A stretch of 64,000 nt of DNA from an uncultured cyanobacterium (GCA_963749915.1 CAVVOP010000020.1:1-64000); one strand, 5' to 3'; shown: positions 8,078 to 19,462, counted from the first letter of the stretch. Notes: a model not told the origin generated them from the sequence alone. A program made the numbers and translations.

Positions 8078-10582
8078 ATGGTGAAACAATTAAATTTATT
8101 AGATCAAGGTCAAATTATTCCTACGGCGTTACATACCGAAATGGAGCGATCATATTTGGAATACGCCATGAGTGTTATTGTGGGACGTGCCTTGCCCGAC
8201 GTCAGGGACGGTTTAAAACCAGTTCATCGGCGGATTTTATATGCTATGTACGAATTGGGGTTAAGTCCCGATCGACCTTTTAGGAAGTGTGCTAGGGTAG
8301 TAGGAGACGTGTTGGGAAAATATCACCCCCACGGGGATCAAGCGGTATATGATGCAATGGTGCGCTTGGTACAGGATTTCTCTAGTCGTTATCCTTTATT
8401 ATCAGGTCATGGTAACTTCGGTAGTGTGGATAATGATCCAGCGGCGGCGATGCGTTACACAGAAACTCGATTGGCGGGGATTTCCTATGAAACGATGTTA
8501 GAGGAGGTTAACGAGTCCACAGTTGACTTTACCAGTAATTTTGATAATTCTCAACAAGAACCGGTTGTTTTACCGGCTAAATTACCGATTTTACTGTTAA
8601 ATGGTTGTTCCGGTATTGCCGTTGGTATGGCAACGAATATACCTCCTCATAATTTAAATGAAATTGTTGACGGTTTAATTGCTTTGATCGATCAACCAGA
8701 TTTAAGTGATGATAAGTTATTGAAGTTGATACCTGGTCCTGATTTTCCTACCGGAGGGGAAATTCTTGATAAAATGGGCATTAGAGAAGCATATTTGACG
8801 GGAAAAGGCATTATTCCCGTGCACGGTGTTGCTTCCATTGAAATCTTGAAATCTCAGAAAAAACGTAGTCGAGAAAAAACCGCTATCATCGTCAGGGAAT
8901 TGCCTTTCCAAGTTAATAAGGCCGCATGGATTGAAAAAGTCGCAGAGTTGGTAAATCTCGGTAAAATTATGGATATTGCTGATATTCGAGATGAAAGCGA
9001 TCGCCAAGGTATTCGGGTTGTAATTGAATTGAGAAAAGATGCAAAACCGCAAAATGTACTTAATCAACTGTATAAACAGACGGCCTTGCAAAGTAATTTC
9101 GGGGTAATTATGTTAGGTTTAGTTGATAAAAAACCTTGCCAATTATCCTTAAAACAAATGTTGGAGGAATTTTTACGGTTTAGGGAAATAACTTTAACAA
9201 GACAATTTCGGTATGAATTAACAGAAAAACGAGAACGGCTTCATTTATTAGATGGTTTATTAATAGCTCTAAAAAATCTGAAAAAAGTTATTCAAATTTT
9301 ATCTAATTCTGCGGATGGAACAACGGCAAAAAATACCTTACAAACTCGGTTAAATATTTCTGAGGGTCAAGCCAATTCAATTTTAGCTATGCCTTTAAGA
9401 CGTATCACGGGGTTGGAAAAGCAAAAATTGGAGGAAGAAGTTTCCGCCTTACAGGTAAGGATTACTCAGTTAGAGGAATTATTAGCTGACAGGAAGGAAT
9501 TATTAAAAGCCTTAAAAAGAGAATTGCGCACTTTTAAACGTAAATTTGGAGACCATCGCCGTACTAAAATTATCAATGGTATTTCTACTCCTGTGGAAAA
9601 GCTAAAGGAAAAGAAAACCAGGGTTAAATCTGGTGAAATTAAGCCTTTACCCTTAACGGTGATCAAAGAGTTACCGGCGGATGCGGTGGTACAAATTACT
9701 GCTAAAGGTAGAATTTATTGGCAACCACAAACAGCCATCGACAAAATACCCATAGTTAAGAAAACCACGGATTTAATCGTTTATCAGGCGTTAATCGAAA
9801 AACAAGAACAAATAATTGCTTTTTTTGATAGTGGCAAAGGCTATCCGATCTCTACCGCCGCAATTCCTTCTTTTCCCACTAAACAAACTATTGAAAGATT
9901 GGTGTCTAATAGTGCCATGCAAAATGATTATCAACCTATCAATTATTTATGTCTTCATCCTGATCAACAAAAATCTGCTTTGCTTTTATTAACCCAAGGG
10001 GGTTTTTTGAAACGGGTTAGCATTAAAGAATTAGAGGGTATCGGTAACAGAGGCTTTCAACTGATCAAATTGAAGCCTAAAGATAAGTTGAAATATATTT
10101 TTCCTGTAAATGATAGTGAAGAATTGGCGATCGCCACTAGCGGTGGAAGAATTTTACATTACAGTATCACGGATGAGAATATACCCGTCATGGGAAAAGC
10201 AGCACAAGGTAGTCTTGGCGTAAAATTGAGATTCGGTGAAGAAATTATTGGTTGTTTAGGAATAAATAAGAATAGTAATTTAGTTTTGATTTCTAAATTG
10301 GGTTACGGGAAAATTATTCCTATTAACACTATTCGTAAAATAAGTATCGGTGAAATTGGTACTCAAGGTTTTCGATTTAAACAAAAAGAAGATCATTTAC
10401 AATCAATGTTATTAGCTGACAATTGTCAGAATATTGTAGTCAGAACTAATCTCGATCAACGTTATGTTATAGATGTGAGTAAATTATCTTCTAATCAGGG
10501 AAAAAATTTAGAAAAAGTACTCATTAAATTGCAACCTAATGAGACAATCACCCTAGCCTTAAATTGGTATTATCAATTTTAA
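8078..10582 (+). CDS. DNA gyrase/topoisomerase IV subunit A (second cyanobacterial GyrA/ParC-like paralog)
   Basis: [33 protein letters not shown], catalytic AAMRYTE; divergent C-terminal domain with no clear GyrA-box. Confidence 0.9.
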   Translation: MVKQLNLLDQGQIIPTALHTEMERSYLEYAMSVIVGRALPDVRDGLKPVHRRILYAMYELGLSPDRPFRKCARVVGDVLGKYHPHGDQAVYDAMVRLVQDFSSRYPLLSGHGNFGSVDNDPAAAMRYTETRLAGISYETMLEEVNESTVDFTSNFDNSQQEPVVLPAKLPILLLNGCSGIAVGMATNIPPHNLNEIVDGLIALIDQPDLSDDKLLKLIPGPDFPTGGEILDKMGIREAYLTGKGIIPVHGVASIEILKSQKKRSREKTAIIVRELPFQVNKAAWIEKVAELVNLGKIMDIADIRDESDRQGIRVVIELRKDAKPQNVLNQLYKQTALQSNFGVIMLGLVDKKPCQLSLKQMLEEFLRFREITLTRQFRYELTEKRERLHLLDGLLIALKNLKKVIQILSNSADGTTAKNTLQTRLNISEGQANSILAMPLRRITGLEKQKLEEEVSALQVRITQLEELLADRKELLKALKRELRTFKRKFGDHRRTKIINGISTPVEKLKEKKTRVKSGEIKPLPLTVIKELPADAVVQITAKGRIYWQPQTAIDKIPIVKKTTDLIVYQALIEKQEQIIAFFDSGKGYPISTAAIPSFPTKQTIERLVSNSAMQNDYQPINYLCLHPDQQKSALLLLTQGGFLKRVSIKELEGIGNRGFQLIKLKPKDKLKYIFPVNDSEELAIATSGGRILHYSITDENIPVMGKAAQGSLGVKLRFGEEIIGCLGINKNSNLVLISKLGYGKIIPINTIRKISIGEIGTQGFRFKQKEDHLQSMLLADNCQNIVVRTNLDQRYVIDVSKLSSNQGKNLEKVLIKLQPNETITLALNWYYQF

Positions 10583-10639
10583 ATTTTTCAAAAAATAGGC
10601 GTTTTAAAATCTCTAAAAATCCCTAAGAAAATTAATTTT

Positions 10640-11353
10640 ATGTCTGGTAAATTACCTCATCTAACAGCAATCGTTGCTATCAGTGTTGATGGTAAAATTA
10701 GTGATGCCACTGATACTCCTGGGAGATTCAGCAGCAAAGTAGATTTAGCCCATTTAGAAACACAAATGGCCCGCTGGGATGCCGTCATTTTCGGAGGAAA
10801 CACCTTACGTGCTTATGGTACAAGTTTAGTCATCAAAAATCCTGACTTATTGAGGCAAAGAAAAGAAAATAATCAACCTTCTCAACCCTTGAATATTGTT
10901 TGTTCACCTTCTGGTAATATTAATCCTGAACTGTATTTTTTTTCTCAACCTTTACCTCGTGGTTTATTAACTACTAATCAAGGTTTACTAAATTGGCAAG
11001 AACAAGTTAAGAGTCTTAAGATACAAAATAATAAGAATCTAGGTAATTATTTTCAAGATTTTTTTATTAGTAATAATTCTCTTAATTGGGAAAAATTTTT
11101 AACAAAATTATCATTATTAAATTATCAAAAAATCGGTATTTTAGGAGGAGGTCAATTAATATCATCTCTCTTAGCAGAAAATTTAATTAATGAGTTTTGG
11201 TTAACTATTTGTCCTTTAATTATCGGCAAAAGATCAGCACCAAATTTTTTATATCCTGATTTATTGGCAAATATAAATTCACCTATTAACCTAAAATTAT
11301 TAGAAGTAAAACAAGTAAATCAAGAAATCTTTTTACACTATTTTATTAAATAG
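10640..11353 (+). CDS. RibD C-terminal (DHFR-like reductase) domain protein
   Basis: AISVDGKI, ILGGGQLISSLLAENLINEFWLTICPLIIG. Confidence 0.8.
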   Translation: MSGKLPHLTAIVAISVDGKISDATDTPGRFSSKVDLAHLETQMARWDAVIFGGNTLRAYGTSLVIKNPDLLRQRKENNQPSQPLNIVCSPSGNINPELYFFSQPLPRGLLTTNQGLLNWQEQVKSLKIQNNKNLGNYFQDFFISNNSLNWEKFLTKLSLLNYQKIGILGGGQLISSLLAENLINEFWLTICPLIIGKRSAPNFLYPDLLANINSPINLKLLEVKQVNQEIFLHYFIK

Positions 11354-11492
11354 CATTTGCTGCATAAATATCCAATTAATATTATTAAAATAAAGATTTT
11401 TTAGGGACAGAATTAGTGCAAGTGTTGCATTTTTTTTGTTTTTCACCACTTTCGAAGAGCCAACTTTTTTCTGAACCGCTACCTATAGTTTA

Positions 11493-11603
11493 CTAGTGGT
11501 GAAGTGCTTAAATGAAACGAGAGTTTAAAATTCTCGTAAGTACCGAAAATTAAAGGTTTTTCATTCCAAATTCTACATTCTTAATTCTGCATTCTACCAC
11601 TAG
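11493..11603. mobile_element. MITE-like element, copy 1 (about 111 bp, CTAGTG...CACTAG ends)
   Basis: Ends CTAGTGGT / ACCACTAG are inverted; a closely similar copy lies at 18590-18701. Confidence 0.7.
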
Positions 11604-11748
11604 TCTATCAAGCAAGACAGAAACGAGGAGCAAAAGTTATTCTTAATCTATCCTTAAACCAACTTTTCTCGATTTGAATATAAAATAGCACCAGTAAGAA
11701 TAAGTTGTTAGAAAATACATAAAAGTTAATTAATTGGATATTTTATTT

Positions 11749-11790
11749 AACAACTTTTCCTGTTATGTTAATTTATCAAAAAAAGTTTAT
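11749..11790 (+). promoter_or_regulatory. Candidate ArsR operator, ATCAA-N6-TT(G/T)AT type
   Basis: ATCAA-AAAAAG-TTTAT at 11775-11790, 4 nt before the gap ATG, plus a degenerate AACAA-CTTTTC-CTGTT at 11749-11764; resembles the Synechocystis ArsR ATCAA-N6-TTGAT box. Confidence 0.45.
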
Positions 11791-11794
11791 TTGT

Positions 11795-12796
11795 ATGCGT
11801 ATAGGCATTAACGGTTTTGGCAGAATCGGAAGGTTAGCATTTCGGGCCGGTTGGGGCAATCCTAATATAGAATTTGTACATATCAACGAAATTAAAGGGG
11901 GTGTAGCTACCGCCGCACATTTATTAGAGTTTGATTCTGTGCATGGGCGCTGGCACAAGTCGATTATCCTTGAAGATGATCAATTTATTTTTGAAGGGAA
12001 AAGTGTTACTTTTAGTGAATATGCGACACCACAGGAAGTGCCTTGGACAGATTTAGGGGTAGATTTAGTCATTGAAAGTTCGGGTAAATTTCGCACTCCT
12101 GCCACTTTAAACCCTTATTTTGACCATGGTATTAAAAAGGTTGTGGTTGCCGCACCTGTTAAGGAAGAAGCCCTTAATATTGTTGTAGGAGTCAATGATC
12201 ATCTCTACAATCCCGAAAAACACCATCTTGTAACGGCGGCTTCTTGTACTACTAACTGTTTAGCACCTGTTATCAAAGTTATTCATGAGGGATTAGGCAT
12301 TAAACACGGTGTTATCACTACCATTCACGATGTAACTAATACGCAGATTGTAGTTGATGCACCTCATCAAGATTTACGTAGAGCCAGATCTTGTATTCAA
12401 TCTTTAGTTCCTACTACTACAGGTTCAGCAACGGCGATCGCCATGATTTATCCTGAGTTACAGGGAAAATTGAACGGTGTAGCGGTAAGAGTACCGATGT
12501 TAAACGCTTCCTTAACAGATTGTGTTTTTGAAGTTAACCGTAAAACCACTGTAGAAGAAGTTAATGGTTTATTAAAAGAAGCTTCAGAAAAAGAGCCATT
12601 GAAAGACATTTTAGGCTATGAAGAATTGCCTTTAGTCTCTATTGATTACAAAGACGATGCAAGATCGTCCATTATTGACGCACCTTCAACAATGGTAATA
12701 GATGAAACCCAGGTGAAAATTTTAGCATGGTACGACAACGAATGGGGTTATTCCAATCGTCTTGTGGAATTAGTGGCAAAAATTGCCAGTTTATAG
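11795..12796 (+). CDS. gap3: ArsJ-associated glyceraldehyde-3-phosphate dehydrogenase (Gap3 type)
   Basis: [32 protein letters not shown]; directly upstream of arsJ; likely start ATG 11795. Confidence 0.9.
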   Translation: MRIGINGFGRIGRLAFRAGWGNPNIEFVHINEIKGGVATAAHLLEFDSVHGRWHKSIILEDDQFIFEGKSVTFSEYATPQEVPWTDLGVDLVIESSGKFRTPATLNPYFDHGIKKVVVAAPVKEEALNIVVGVNDHLYNPEKHHLVTAASCTTNCLAPVIKVIHEGLGIKHGVITTIHDVTNTQIVVDAPHQDLRRARSCIQSLVPTTTGSATAIAMIYPELQGKLNGVAVRVPMLNASLTDCVFEVNRKTTVEEVNGLLKEASEKEPLKDILGYEELPLVSIDYKDDARSSIIDAPSTMVIDETQVKILAWYDNEWGYSNRLVELVAKIASL

Positions 12797-12844
12797 CCAA
12801 TCTGCCTCCAACTAAAATTAATTATCAACTGTCAACGGTCAATC

Positions 12845-14059
12845 ATGGATAAAAATTTACGCAACTACGCCTTAGTCACTTCAACCTATTGGGGTTATAC
12901 CATTACTGATGGTGCATTGAGAATGTTGGTTTTATTGCACTTCAATAAACTTGGTTTTACGCCCATAGAAATCGCTTTTCTGTTCTTATTTTACGAAATT
13001 TTTGGCATCATTACTAACTTTTTAGGAGGTTGGATTGGCTCTCAATTTGGCTTAAGATTAACCCTTTATGGAGGGATTGGTTTACAAATTTTTGCCCTGG
13101 TTATGTTAGGGGTAATTAACTTTGAATGGGCGGTATGGTTTCAAGTTTTATATGTAATGACTTCTCAAGCATTTTCCGGCATTGCTAAAGATTTGACTAA
13201 GATGAGTTCTAAAAGTGCCGTGCGTTTAGTTGTACCAAAAGAGCAAGAATCAAAACTGTTTAAATGGGTGGCAATTCTCACGGGTTCAAAGAATGCTCTT
13301 AAAGGTTTAGGCTTTTTCGTTGGGGCGACTTTATTACAATTTTTCGGTTTTAAAAATGCGTTATTTATTCAAGCATCAGTTTTATTTATCATTTTTTTAA
13401 GTGGTAGATTGTTACCGAAAAATATGGGTAAAATTAAGGCAAAAATAAAATTTAAACAATTATTTTCTAAGAGTAAAGCCATTAATATTTTATCCTTAGC
13501 TAGATTTTTCTTATTCGGTGCAAGGGATGTTTGGTTTGTGGTAGCGTTACCTGTTTTCTTACAAACTAAATTAGGTTGGACTTTTATTCAAGTGGGCACT
13601 TATATGGCTTGTTGGGTAATCGGTTACGGTTTAATTCAGTCTTTTTCTCCCACTATTTTAAGGCAAAATCAGGTAGGAAAAGCACCCCAAGCACGCACTA
13701 TCCAAATTTGGACTTCTATTTTAACTATTGTCCCGATTGTCATGGCCATTGCTTTTATGGCCGGATTAAATCCAGAAATTGTCATTACAAGAGGATTAAT
13801 CATCTTTGGGATTGTCTTCGCTTTCAATTCCGCCGTCCATTCTTATCTAGTTTTAGCTTACACCGAAGATGATGATGTTGCTTTAAATGTCGGTTTTTAT
13901 TATATGGCAAATTCGGGGGGGCGCTTGTTAGGCACAATTACTTCAGGGGTTGTATTTCAACTGGGAGGGATCGAATCCTGTTTATGGGTTTCCAGCTTTT
14001 TTGTCTTCATAGCGGCTTTGGTCTCCTTCAAGTTACCCCTTGCCATTAACACCCCTTAA
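12845..14059 (+). CDS. arsJ: Organoarsenical efflux MFS transporter ArsJ
   Basis: YWGYTITDGALRMLVLLHF, SGIAKDLTKMSSKSA, LTGSKNALKG, NVGFYYMANSGGRL. Confidence 0.9.
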   Translation: MDKNLRNYALVTSTYWGYTITDGALRMLVLLHFNKLGFTPIEIAFLFLFYEIFGIITNFLGGWIGSQFGLRLTLYGGIGLQIFALVMLGVINFEWAVWFQVLYVMTSQAFSGIAKDLTKMSSKSAVRLVVPKEQESKLFKWVAILTGSKNALKGLGFFVGATLLQFFGFKNALFIQASVLFIIFLSGRLLPKNMGKIKAKIKFKQLFSKSKAINILSLARFFLFGARDVWFVVALPVFLQTKLGWTFIQVGTYMACWVIGYGLIQSFSPTILRQNQVGKAPQARTIQIWTSILTIVPIVMAIAFMAGLNPEIVITRGLIIFGIVFAFNSAVHSYLVLAYTEDDDVALNVGFYYMANSGGRLLGTITSGVVFQLGGIESCLWVSSFFVFIAALVSFKLPLAINTP

Positions 14060-14713
14060 ACAATGCCAGTGATAAGCGAATAAGTCGGGTTTCTGTACAT
14101 TAATAGAAGCAATGGCAGGAGTCGCTGGAAAAGGCCATAAACGATCAAAAATGATATTCTGGTCTAGTATCCTAAATTGTAAGAGATAAACAGAAGGGGT
14201 AGCTTTAATAGAATTAAGTAATTCCTTGACCAGAGTTTGTAAAGAAGGATAAATTTCCACGGGTAAATCACAGGGTTGTTGATAATAATTAGGCATAACT
14301 CCCTCGCAGATAACCTCTCCATAAATCAATTTTTCAGAGGTAAAAATAACAGGCAACCATAAATCACCTAACCATGAATTATCCTTACTTATTTTATAGC
14401 CAAAATGTTGTTGAACCCATTTTCTTCTTTTTTCCACATCTCGACAGGCATAATAAATCTGTTGGGCAGGAAAATTAAACCAGTCTGGCAATTTAATAGT
14501 TAAAGGACAATAAATCACATCTTGATCTGAGTCGGATATTTGTAGTGACTTTGACCACAAATCCGCACCACCAAGGATTTGTATTTCATAATCTGGATTT
14601 GATTCTACAATACTTTTGCTCAACGCCACAGCCATTCTTTCGGCTACAGGTGCATTAGGGCTGATTTTGCCTTTATTCACTTGTGCATTGACAATAATAA
14701 CAACTTTTGACAT
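14033..14713 (-). CDS. Conserved cyanobacterial hypothetical protein
   Basis: Long open frame ending FDRLWPFPATPAIAS...PDLFAYHW; probable start ATG 14713; 3' end overlaps arsJ. Confidence 0.65.
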   Translation of the reverse strand: MSKVVIIVNAQVNKGKISPNAPVAERMAVALSKSIVESNPDYEIQILGGADLWSKSLQISDSDQDVIYCPLTIKLPDWFNFPAQQIYYACRDVEKRRKWVQQHFGYKISKDNSWLGDLWLPVIFTSEKLIYGEVICEGVMPNYYQQPCDLPVEIYPSLQTLVKELLNSIKATPSVYLLQFRILDQNIIFDRLWPFPATPAIASINVQKPDLFAYHWHCLRGVNGKG

Positions 14714-14913
14714 TCTTCTGACTGGTGAAGTTCTTCTTCTATTATCGCAGTTTAAGCAATTTATTAATAACAAAATCCTGTTCAAATGCGTAAGTCCTGA
14801 CAATAATAAATGAAAAAATCTAAAGAATAAAAAAGGTTTACAATAAATAGATTAAATTATAAAAATTTGAATATAAAATTTTAGGATTGACAATTCACCC
14901 TTTAACTTTTTAG

Positions 14914-16524
14914 ATGAATAGTTTTAATCACTCTATTTCAAAAACCACTTTTTCTTTAACAACTCCCTTATATTACGTTAACGGCTTACCCCATATCGGT
15001 AGTGCCTATACTACCATGATCGCTGACGTCATTGCCCGTTGGCATAGGCTTTGTGGTCATGAAGTTTTATTGGTCACAGGTACTGATGAACATGGGCAAA
15101 AAATTCAACGCACGGCGGAAGAAAGTGGTGTTGAACCACAACAACATTGCGATCGCATCGCCGCCACTTTTATTGATTTATGGCAAAAACTCAATATACA
15201 ATATGACAGATTCAGTCGTACCACGGCTAAAAATCACGAGGCCATAGTCAGGGAATTTTTTGAAAGAGTCAGGACTCAAAATGATATATACCTTGATCAA
15301 CAACAAGGTTGGTATTGCGTTGCCTGTGAAGAGTTTAAGGAAAAAAGAGAACTACTAGAAGACGGTTGTTGCCCCATTCATACTAATCTAAAAGCAGAAT
15401 GGCGAGATGAACAAAACTACTTCTTTAGTCTTTCCCGCTATCAAAATCGATTGGAAGAACTTTACCAATCCAACCCTGATTTTATTCAGCCAGAAAGCAG
15501 ACGCAACGAAGTGTTAAATTTTGTTAAGCAAGGCCTACAGGATTTTTCCATTTCACGGGTAAATGTTTCTTGGGGGTTTCCCATTCCGAATGATGCCAAT
15601 CATACTATTTATGTCTGGTTTGATGCTTTATTAGGTTATATTACCGCCTTATTAGAGGAAAATGAGGAACCGACCCTGGAAAATGCCCTCAAAAAATGGT
15701 ACCCTTTTGATTTACACCTCATTGGTAAAGATATTTTGCGTTTTCATGCCGTTTATTGGCCTGCCATGTTGATGTCCGCCAATTTACCCCTGCCAAAACA
15801 AGTATTTGGTCATGGATTTTTGACAAAGGACGGCCATAAAATGGGTAAAAGTTTAGGTAATACTCTTGATCCTTTTGCTTTATTAAATAAATATGATTCT
15901 GATGCCGTACGTTACTATTTTCTCAAAGAAATTGAATTCGGTAAAGATGGCGATTTCAACGAAACCCGTTTTGTGAATACTCTTAATGCAGATTTAGCAA
16001 ATGATCTTGGTAACTTACTAAATCGTAGCTTGGGAATGTTAAATAAATACTGTGGCGGCGTTTTATCCCCCATAACAGGAAAAAACATTTCTGATGATAA
16101 TCAGGTTAAACAAACTGGAGAAGCATTACAATATCGTCTTACTGAAGGTTATCAAACTTATAAATTTAATTTAGTTTGTGAGGATATATTAATTTTAGTG
16201 CGTAGTTGCAATAAATTTATTGACGAAAGTGTACCTTGGTCTTTATTTAAAAAAGGTGAACAAGAAAAAGTAGAAAAAATTCTTTATGTTGTTTTAGAAT
16301 CAGTGCGATTTTCGGCCCTAGCATTATCGCCGATAATACCAAATATCAGCAATAAAATTTATTATCAATTAGGTTATAATTTTAATTTTAATCAGAAAGA
16401 TTTAGGTGTTGAAACATGTATTAATCAGGGTCATTTTGAGTGGGGAATTTTACCCCTAAACCAAAATTTACCAAAACCTTCACCCATATTTGTGAAACTT
16501 GAATTACCGACAGACAATGATTAG
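14914..16524 (+). CDS. metG: Methionine--tRNA ligase
   Basis: TTPLYYVNGLPHIGSAY (HIGH-like), GTDEHGQKI, YVWFDAL, KMGKS. Confidence 0.96.
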   Translation: MNSFNHSISKTTFSLTTPLYYVNGLPHIGSAYTTMIADVIARWHRLCGHEVLLVTGTDEHGQKIQRTAEESGVEPQQHCDRIAATFIDLWQKLNIQYDRFSRTTAKNHEAIVREFFERVRTQNDIYLDQQQGWYCVACEEFKEKRELLEDGCCPIHTNLKAEWRDEQNYFFSLSRYQNRLEELYQSNPDFIQPESRRNEVLNFVKQGLQDFSISRVNVSWGFPIPNDANHTIYVWFDALLGYITALLEENEEPTLENALKKWYPFDLHLIGKDILRFHAVYWPAMLMSANLPLPKQVFGHGFLTKDGHKMGKSLGNTLDPFALLNKYDSDAVRYYFLKEIEFGKDGDFNETRFVNTLNADLANDLGNLLNRSLGMLNKYCGGVLSPITGKNISDDNQVKQTGEALQYRLTEGYQTYKFNLVCEDILILVRSCNKFIDESVPWSLFKKGEQEKVEKILYVVLESVRFSALALSPIIPNISNKIYYQLGYNFNFNQKDLGVETCINQGHFEWGILPLNQNLPKPSPIFVKLELPTDND

Positions 16525-16654
16525 GATCAAGTTTTTAGGAATTGGTAAATTTACTAATTTAATGTTTACTTTTTATAATCTTTCTTGATCATAATCAACT
16601 TTTTAAAAATAACAGCTTTTAAAATAAATTTTACTTAAAAATAAGAATAAAAAA

Positions 16655-17266
16655 ATGTGGGATAATTTTGATAGTGATCCCGTTTTTCCTCCCGAACAAG
16701 TCTTAGAAAATAGGGGCAGAGTTGCCATTTTTATTGATGGTTCAAACCTATTTTACGCGGCTTTACAATTGGGGGTAGAAATCGATTATACTAAACTTTT
16801 ATATCGTTTGACTGCCGGTGCAAAATTACTACGGGCTTTCTTTTATACTGGAGTCGATCGTACCAACGAAAAACAACAAGGCTTTTTACTCTGGATGCGT
16901 CGCAACGGTTATCGAGTCATCGCCAAAGATTTAGTACAGTTACCTGATGGCTCAAAAAAAGCCAATTTAGATGTAGAAATTGCAGTAGATTTAATGGCTT
17001 TAGTAGGTTCTTATGATACTGCTGTACTAGTAAGTGGTGATGGTGACTTAGCCTATGCGGTGGATGCAGTGAGTTATCGGGGTGCGCGTATCGAAGTTGT
17101 TAGTTTGCGATCGATGACCAGTGACAGTTTAATTAATGTAGCTGATCGTTACATTGATTTAGATCAAATTCGGGAAGATATACAAAAAACCCGTAAATCA
17201 AACTTAACCTATGATGCTTTTTCTCCCTATCATCTCACCGAAAATCGAGATAGCTATGACAGTTGA
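16655..17266 (+). CDS. NYN domain (LabA/DUF88 family) protein
   Basis: AIFIDGSNLFY, KANLDVEIAVD, LVSGDGD. Confidence 0.88.
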   Translation: MWDNFDSDPVFPPEQVLENRGRVAIFIDGSNLFYAALQLGVEIDYTKLLYRLTAGAKLLRAFFYTGVDRTNEKQQGFLLWMRRNGYRVIAKDLVQLPDGSKKANLDVEIAVDLMALVGSYDTAVLVSGDGDLAYAVDAVSYRGARIEVVSLRSMTSDSLINVADRYIDLDQIREDIQKTRKSNLTYDAFSPYHLTENRDSYDS

Positions 17267-17345
17267 TAGTTGATAATTGCTAATTACTAATTATTTTCTC
17301 AGGTTATAATAAGCTGTAATGTAATCAGTAAAATAGATTGGGGTT

Positions 17346-18557
17346 ATGATTGATCAACTTTTTGGCAAAAAAAAAGATTCTCCTTATACCATCCGTTGGC
17401 ACGAAAAAATGGCCGAAATTCCACAATCACCATGGGACGCAATGGCTTCATCCCTTTCTACTCCTTTTTTAGAATGGGAATGGTTACATAACCTTGAAAC
17501 TTCTGGTAGTGTTCAACCACGCACGGGATGGCAATCTTGTCATTTAACGGTATGGCATGAGCATAATTTAATTGCCGCCGCCCCATTGTACATTAAAGGC
17601 CATAGTTACGGTGAGTTTGTTTTTGACCATCAATGGGCTGACTTGGCTTATCGTTTAAATATTGAATATCACCCCAAATTATTGGGCATGACTCCTTTTA
17701 CTCCGGCGGTAGGTTATCGTTTCTTGATTGCTGAGGGTGAAGACGAGTTAAAAATCACGGAAATGATGGTTAATGCAATTGATCATTTTTGTGTTAAAAA
17801 TAAACTTTCTGGTTGTAACTTTTTGTTTGTTGATCCTCAATGGCAAGGGATAATTTCTCAGTTTGGTTTTGCTGGTTGGATGCACTATAGTTATATTTGG
17901 AGCGATCGTAGTTTTAACAGTTTTGACGATTATTTACAAATATTTAACTCTAATCAAAGGAAAAATATTAAACGAGAAAGAAAAGCCGTTGAGAAAGCCG
18001 GATTAGTCACCAAAAACTTAGTGGGTGACGAAATTCCCCACTATTTATACTCTTATATTTATAGGTTTTATAGCAACACTTGCGACAAATTTTATTGGGG
18101 AAGTAAGTATCTAAAAAAACAATTTTTCGAGCAACTTTATCCTAATTATAAACATAGGTTAATGTTAGTAACTGCCTATCGAGAAAATGATGATCATACT
18201 CCTGTAGGAATGTCTTTTTGTATCAGAAAAGGAGAGAATTTGTATGGGCGTTATTGGGGCAGTTTAGCCGAATATGACTGTCTGCATTTCGAGACTTGTT
18301 ACTATAAACCGATTGAATGGGGAATCAAAGAAGGCATAAAAATGTATGATCCCGGTGCGGGAGGATCTCATAAACGTCGCCGGGGTTTTCCGGCTACTTC
18401 TAACTATAGTATGCACCGTTTTTACAACCCGAGAATGAGCAGTATTTTAAATCATTATATCGATGAAATAAATCTCCGCACCGAAGAAGAAATCAAAGCA
18501 ATAAATGATGATTTACCCTTTACGAAAAAAGAGATTAAACTAGTAATTAACAATTAA
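17346..18557 (+). CDS. GNAT/FemAB-like (DUF482) protein
   Basis: KGHSYGEFVFDHQWA, LYGRYWG, LHFETCYY, GAGGSHKRRRGF. Confidence 0.85.
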   Translation: MIDQLFGKKKDSPYTIRWHEKMAEIPQSPWDAMASSLSTPFLEWEWLHNLETSGSVQPRTGWQSCHLTVWHEHNLIAAAPLYIKGHSYGEFVFDHQWADLAYRLNIEYHPKLLGMTPFTPAVGYRFLIAEGEDELKITEMMVNAIDHFCVKNKLSGCNFLFVDPQWQGIISQFGFAGWMHYSYIWSDRSFNSFDDYLQIFNSNQRKNIKRERKAVEKAGLVTKNLVGDEIPHYLYSYIYRFYSNTCDKFYWGSKYLKKQFFEQLYPNYKHRLMLVTAYRENDDHTPVGMSFCIRKGENLYGRYWGSLAEYDCLHFETCYYKPIEWGIKEGIKMYDPGAGGSHKRRRGFPATSNYSMHRFYNPRMSSILNHYIDEINLRTEEEIKAINDDLPFTKKEIKLVINN

Positions 18558-18589
18558 TAAAGGCCGAAGGCAAAAGTAAACATTTTCTC

Positions 18590-18701
18590 CTAGTGATAGA
18601 GTGCGGAAATAAAACGAGAGTTTAAAATTTTTATTCAGCCATGAAAATTAAAGGTTTTTCATTCTAGATTCCACATTCTTAATTCTGTATTCTTCCACTA
18701 G
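18590..18701. mobile_element. MITE-like element, copy 2
   Basis: CTAGTG...CACTAG ends; shares AAACGAGAGTTTAAAATT and GAAAATTAAAGGTTTTTCATTC with 11493-11603. Confidence 0.7.
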
Positions 18702-18817
18702 TTTCCCTATTCTCCGCCTTTATGATCAAACTTACTTGCCGATAATAACTAAATCCTAGTAGAATGGAAAGTTGCTGAGTACATTAAATATTTATTAATA
18801 AATAGGAGATAATTATT

Positions 18818-19060
18818 ATGGCTCGTGTATGCCAACTAACTGGAAAAAGAGCTAACAACGGTTTCGCTGTTTCCCACTCCCATCGCCGTACTAAAAAGCT
18901 ACAACACGCTAATTTACAAGATAAAAAAATTTGGTGGGCTGAAGGTAACTCTTTTGTGAAATTACGTCTTTGCACTAAAGCCTTAAAAACCTTGGATAGA
19001 AAGAGTTTGAATGCTATGGCAAAAAAGGCTGGAATTGATTTAAAACAACATAAGTGTTAA
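18818..19060 (+). CDS. rpmB: 50S ribosomal protein L28
   Basis: [42 protein letters not shown] upstream. Confidence 0.97.
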   Translation: MARVCQLTGKRANNGFAVSHSHRRTKKLQHANLQDKKIWWAEGNSFVKLRLCTKALKTLDRKSLNAMAKKAGIDLKQHKC

Positions 19061-19113
19061 TTTTTCGCTTTTGATTATTTAAGAGATAGTTTTTTAAAAG
19101 ACACCTTCAATAT

Positions 19114-19205
19114 ATCTGGTTCGGTTAAACAATTATTTTTGAAACTCCCGCCTCGATGCAAAAAGAAGCAAAGTTTTACTATAAGTAATTACCCGAACTT
19201 CAGAT
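19114..19205. repeat. Short intergenic element with imperfect inverted ends
   Basis: ATCTGGTTCGGTTAA ... TTACCCGAACTTCAGAT; a related AAGTTCGGTTATTACTTATA occurs near 59350. Confidence 0.4.
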
Positions 19206-19462
19206 TAAATTGAGTCTCTATCTACACTACCGAAAAATACTGGTTCAACTCTTAAACAAACTATATTGGCAGGGCGTACCACCATATATTCCCCTTGTAC
19301 ATTCTTAATGGGGACACTGATAAAGTCTTTAGAGTCAGCTTTTGGTACTAACTCTCCACTGTACCATTTTTGAAACTCTTGAATTGTGGGAAAACGTACT
19401 TCTTCCCGATGACCGTTACTAATGAGTATATGTACTATATATTCGTCGGGTTTTCTCGCCAT
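19205..19462 (-). CDS. Conserved small cyanobacterial hypothetical protein
   Basis: 85 aa ORF with protein-like composition and an AAGGA RBS upstream. Confidence 0.75.
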   Translation of the reverse strand: MARKPDEYIVHILISNGHREEVRFPTIQEFQKWYSGELVPKADSKDFISVPIKNVQGEYMVVRPANIVCLRVEPVFFGSVDRDSI

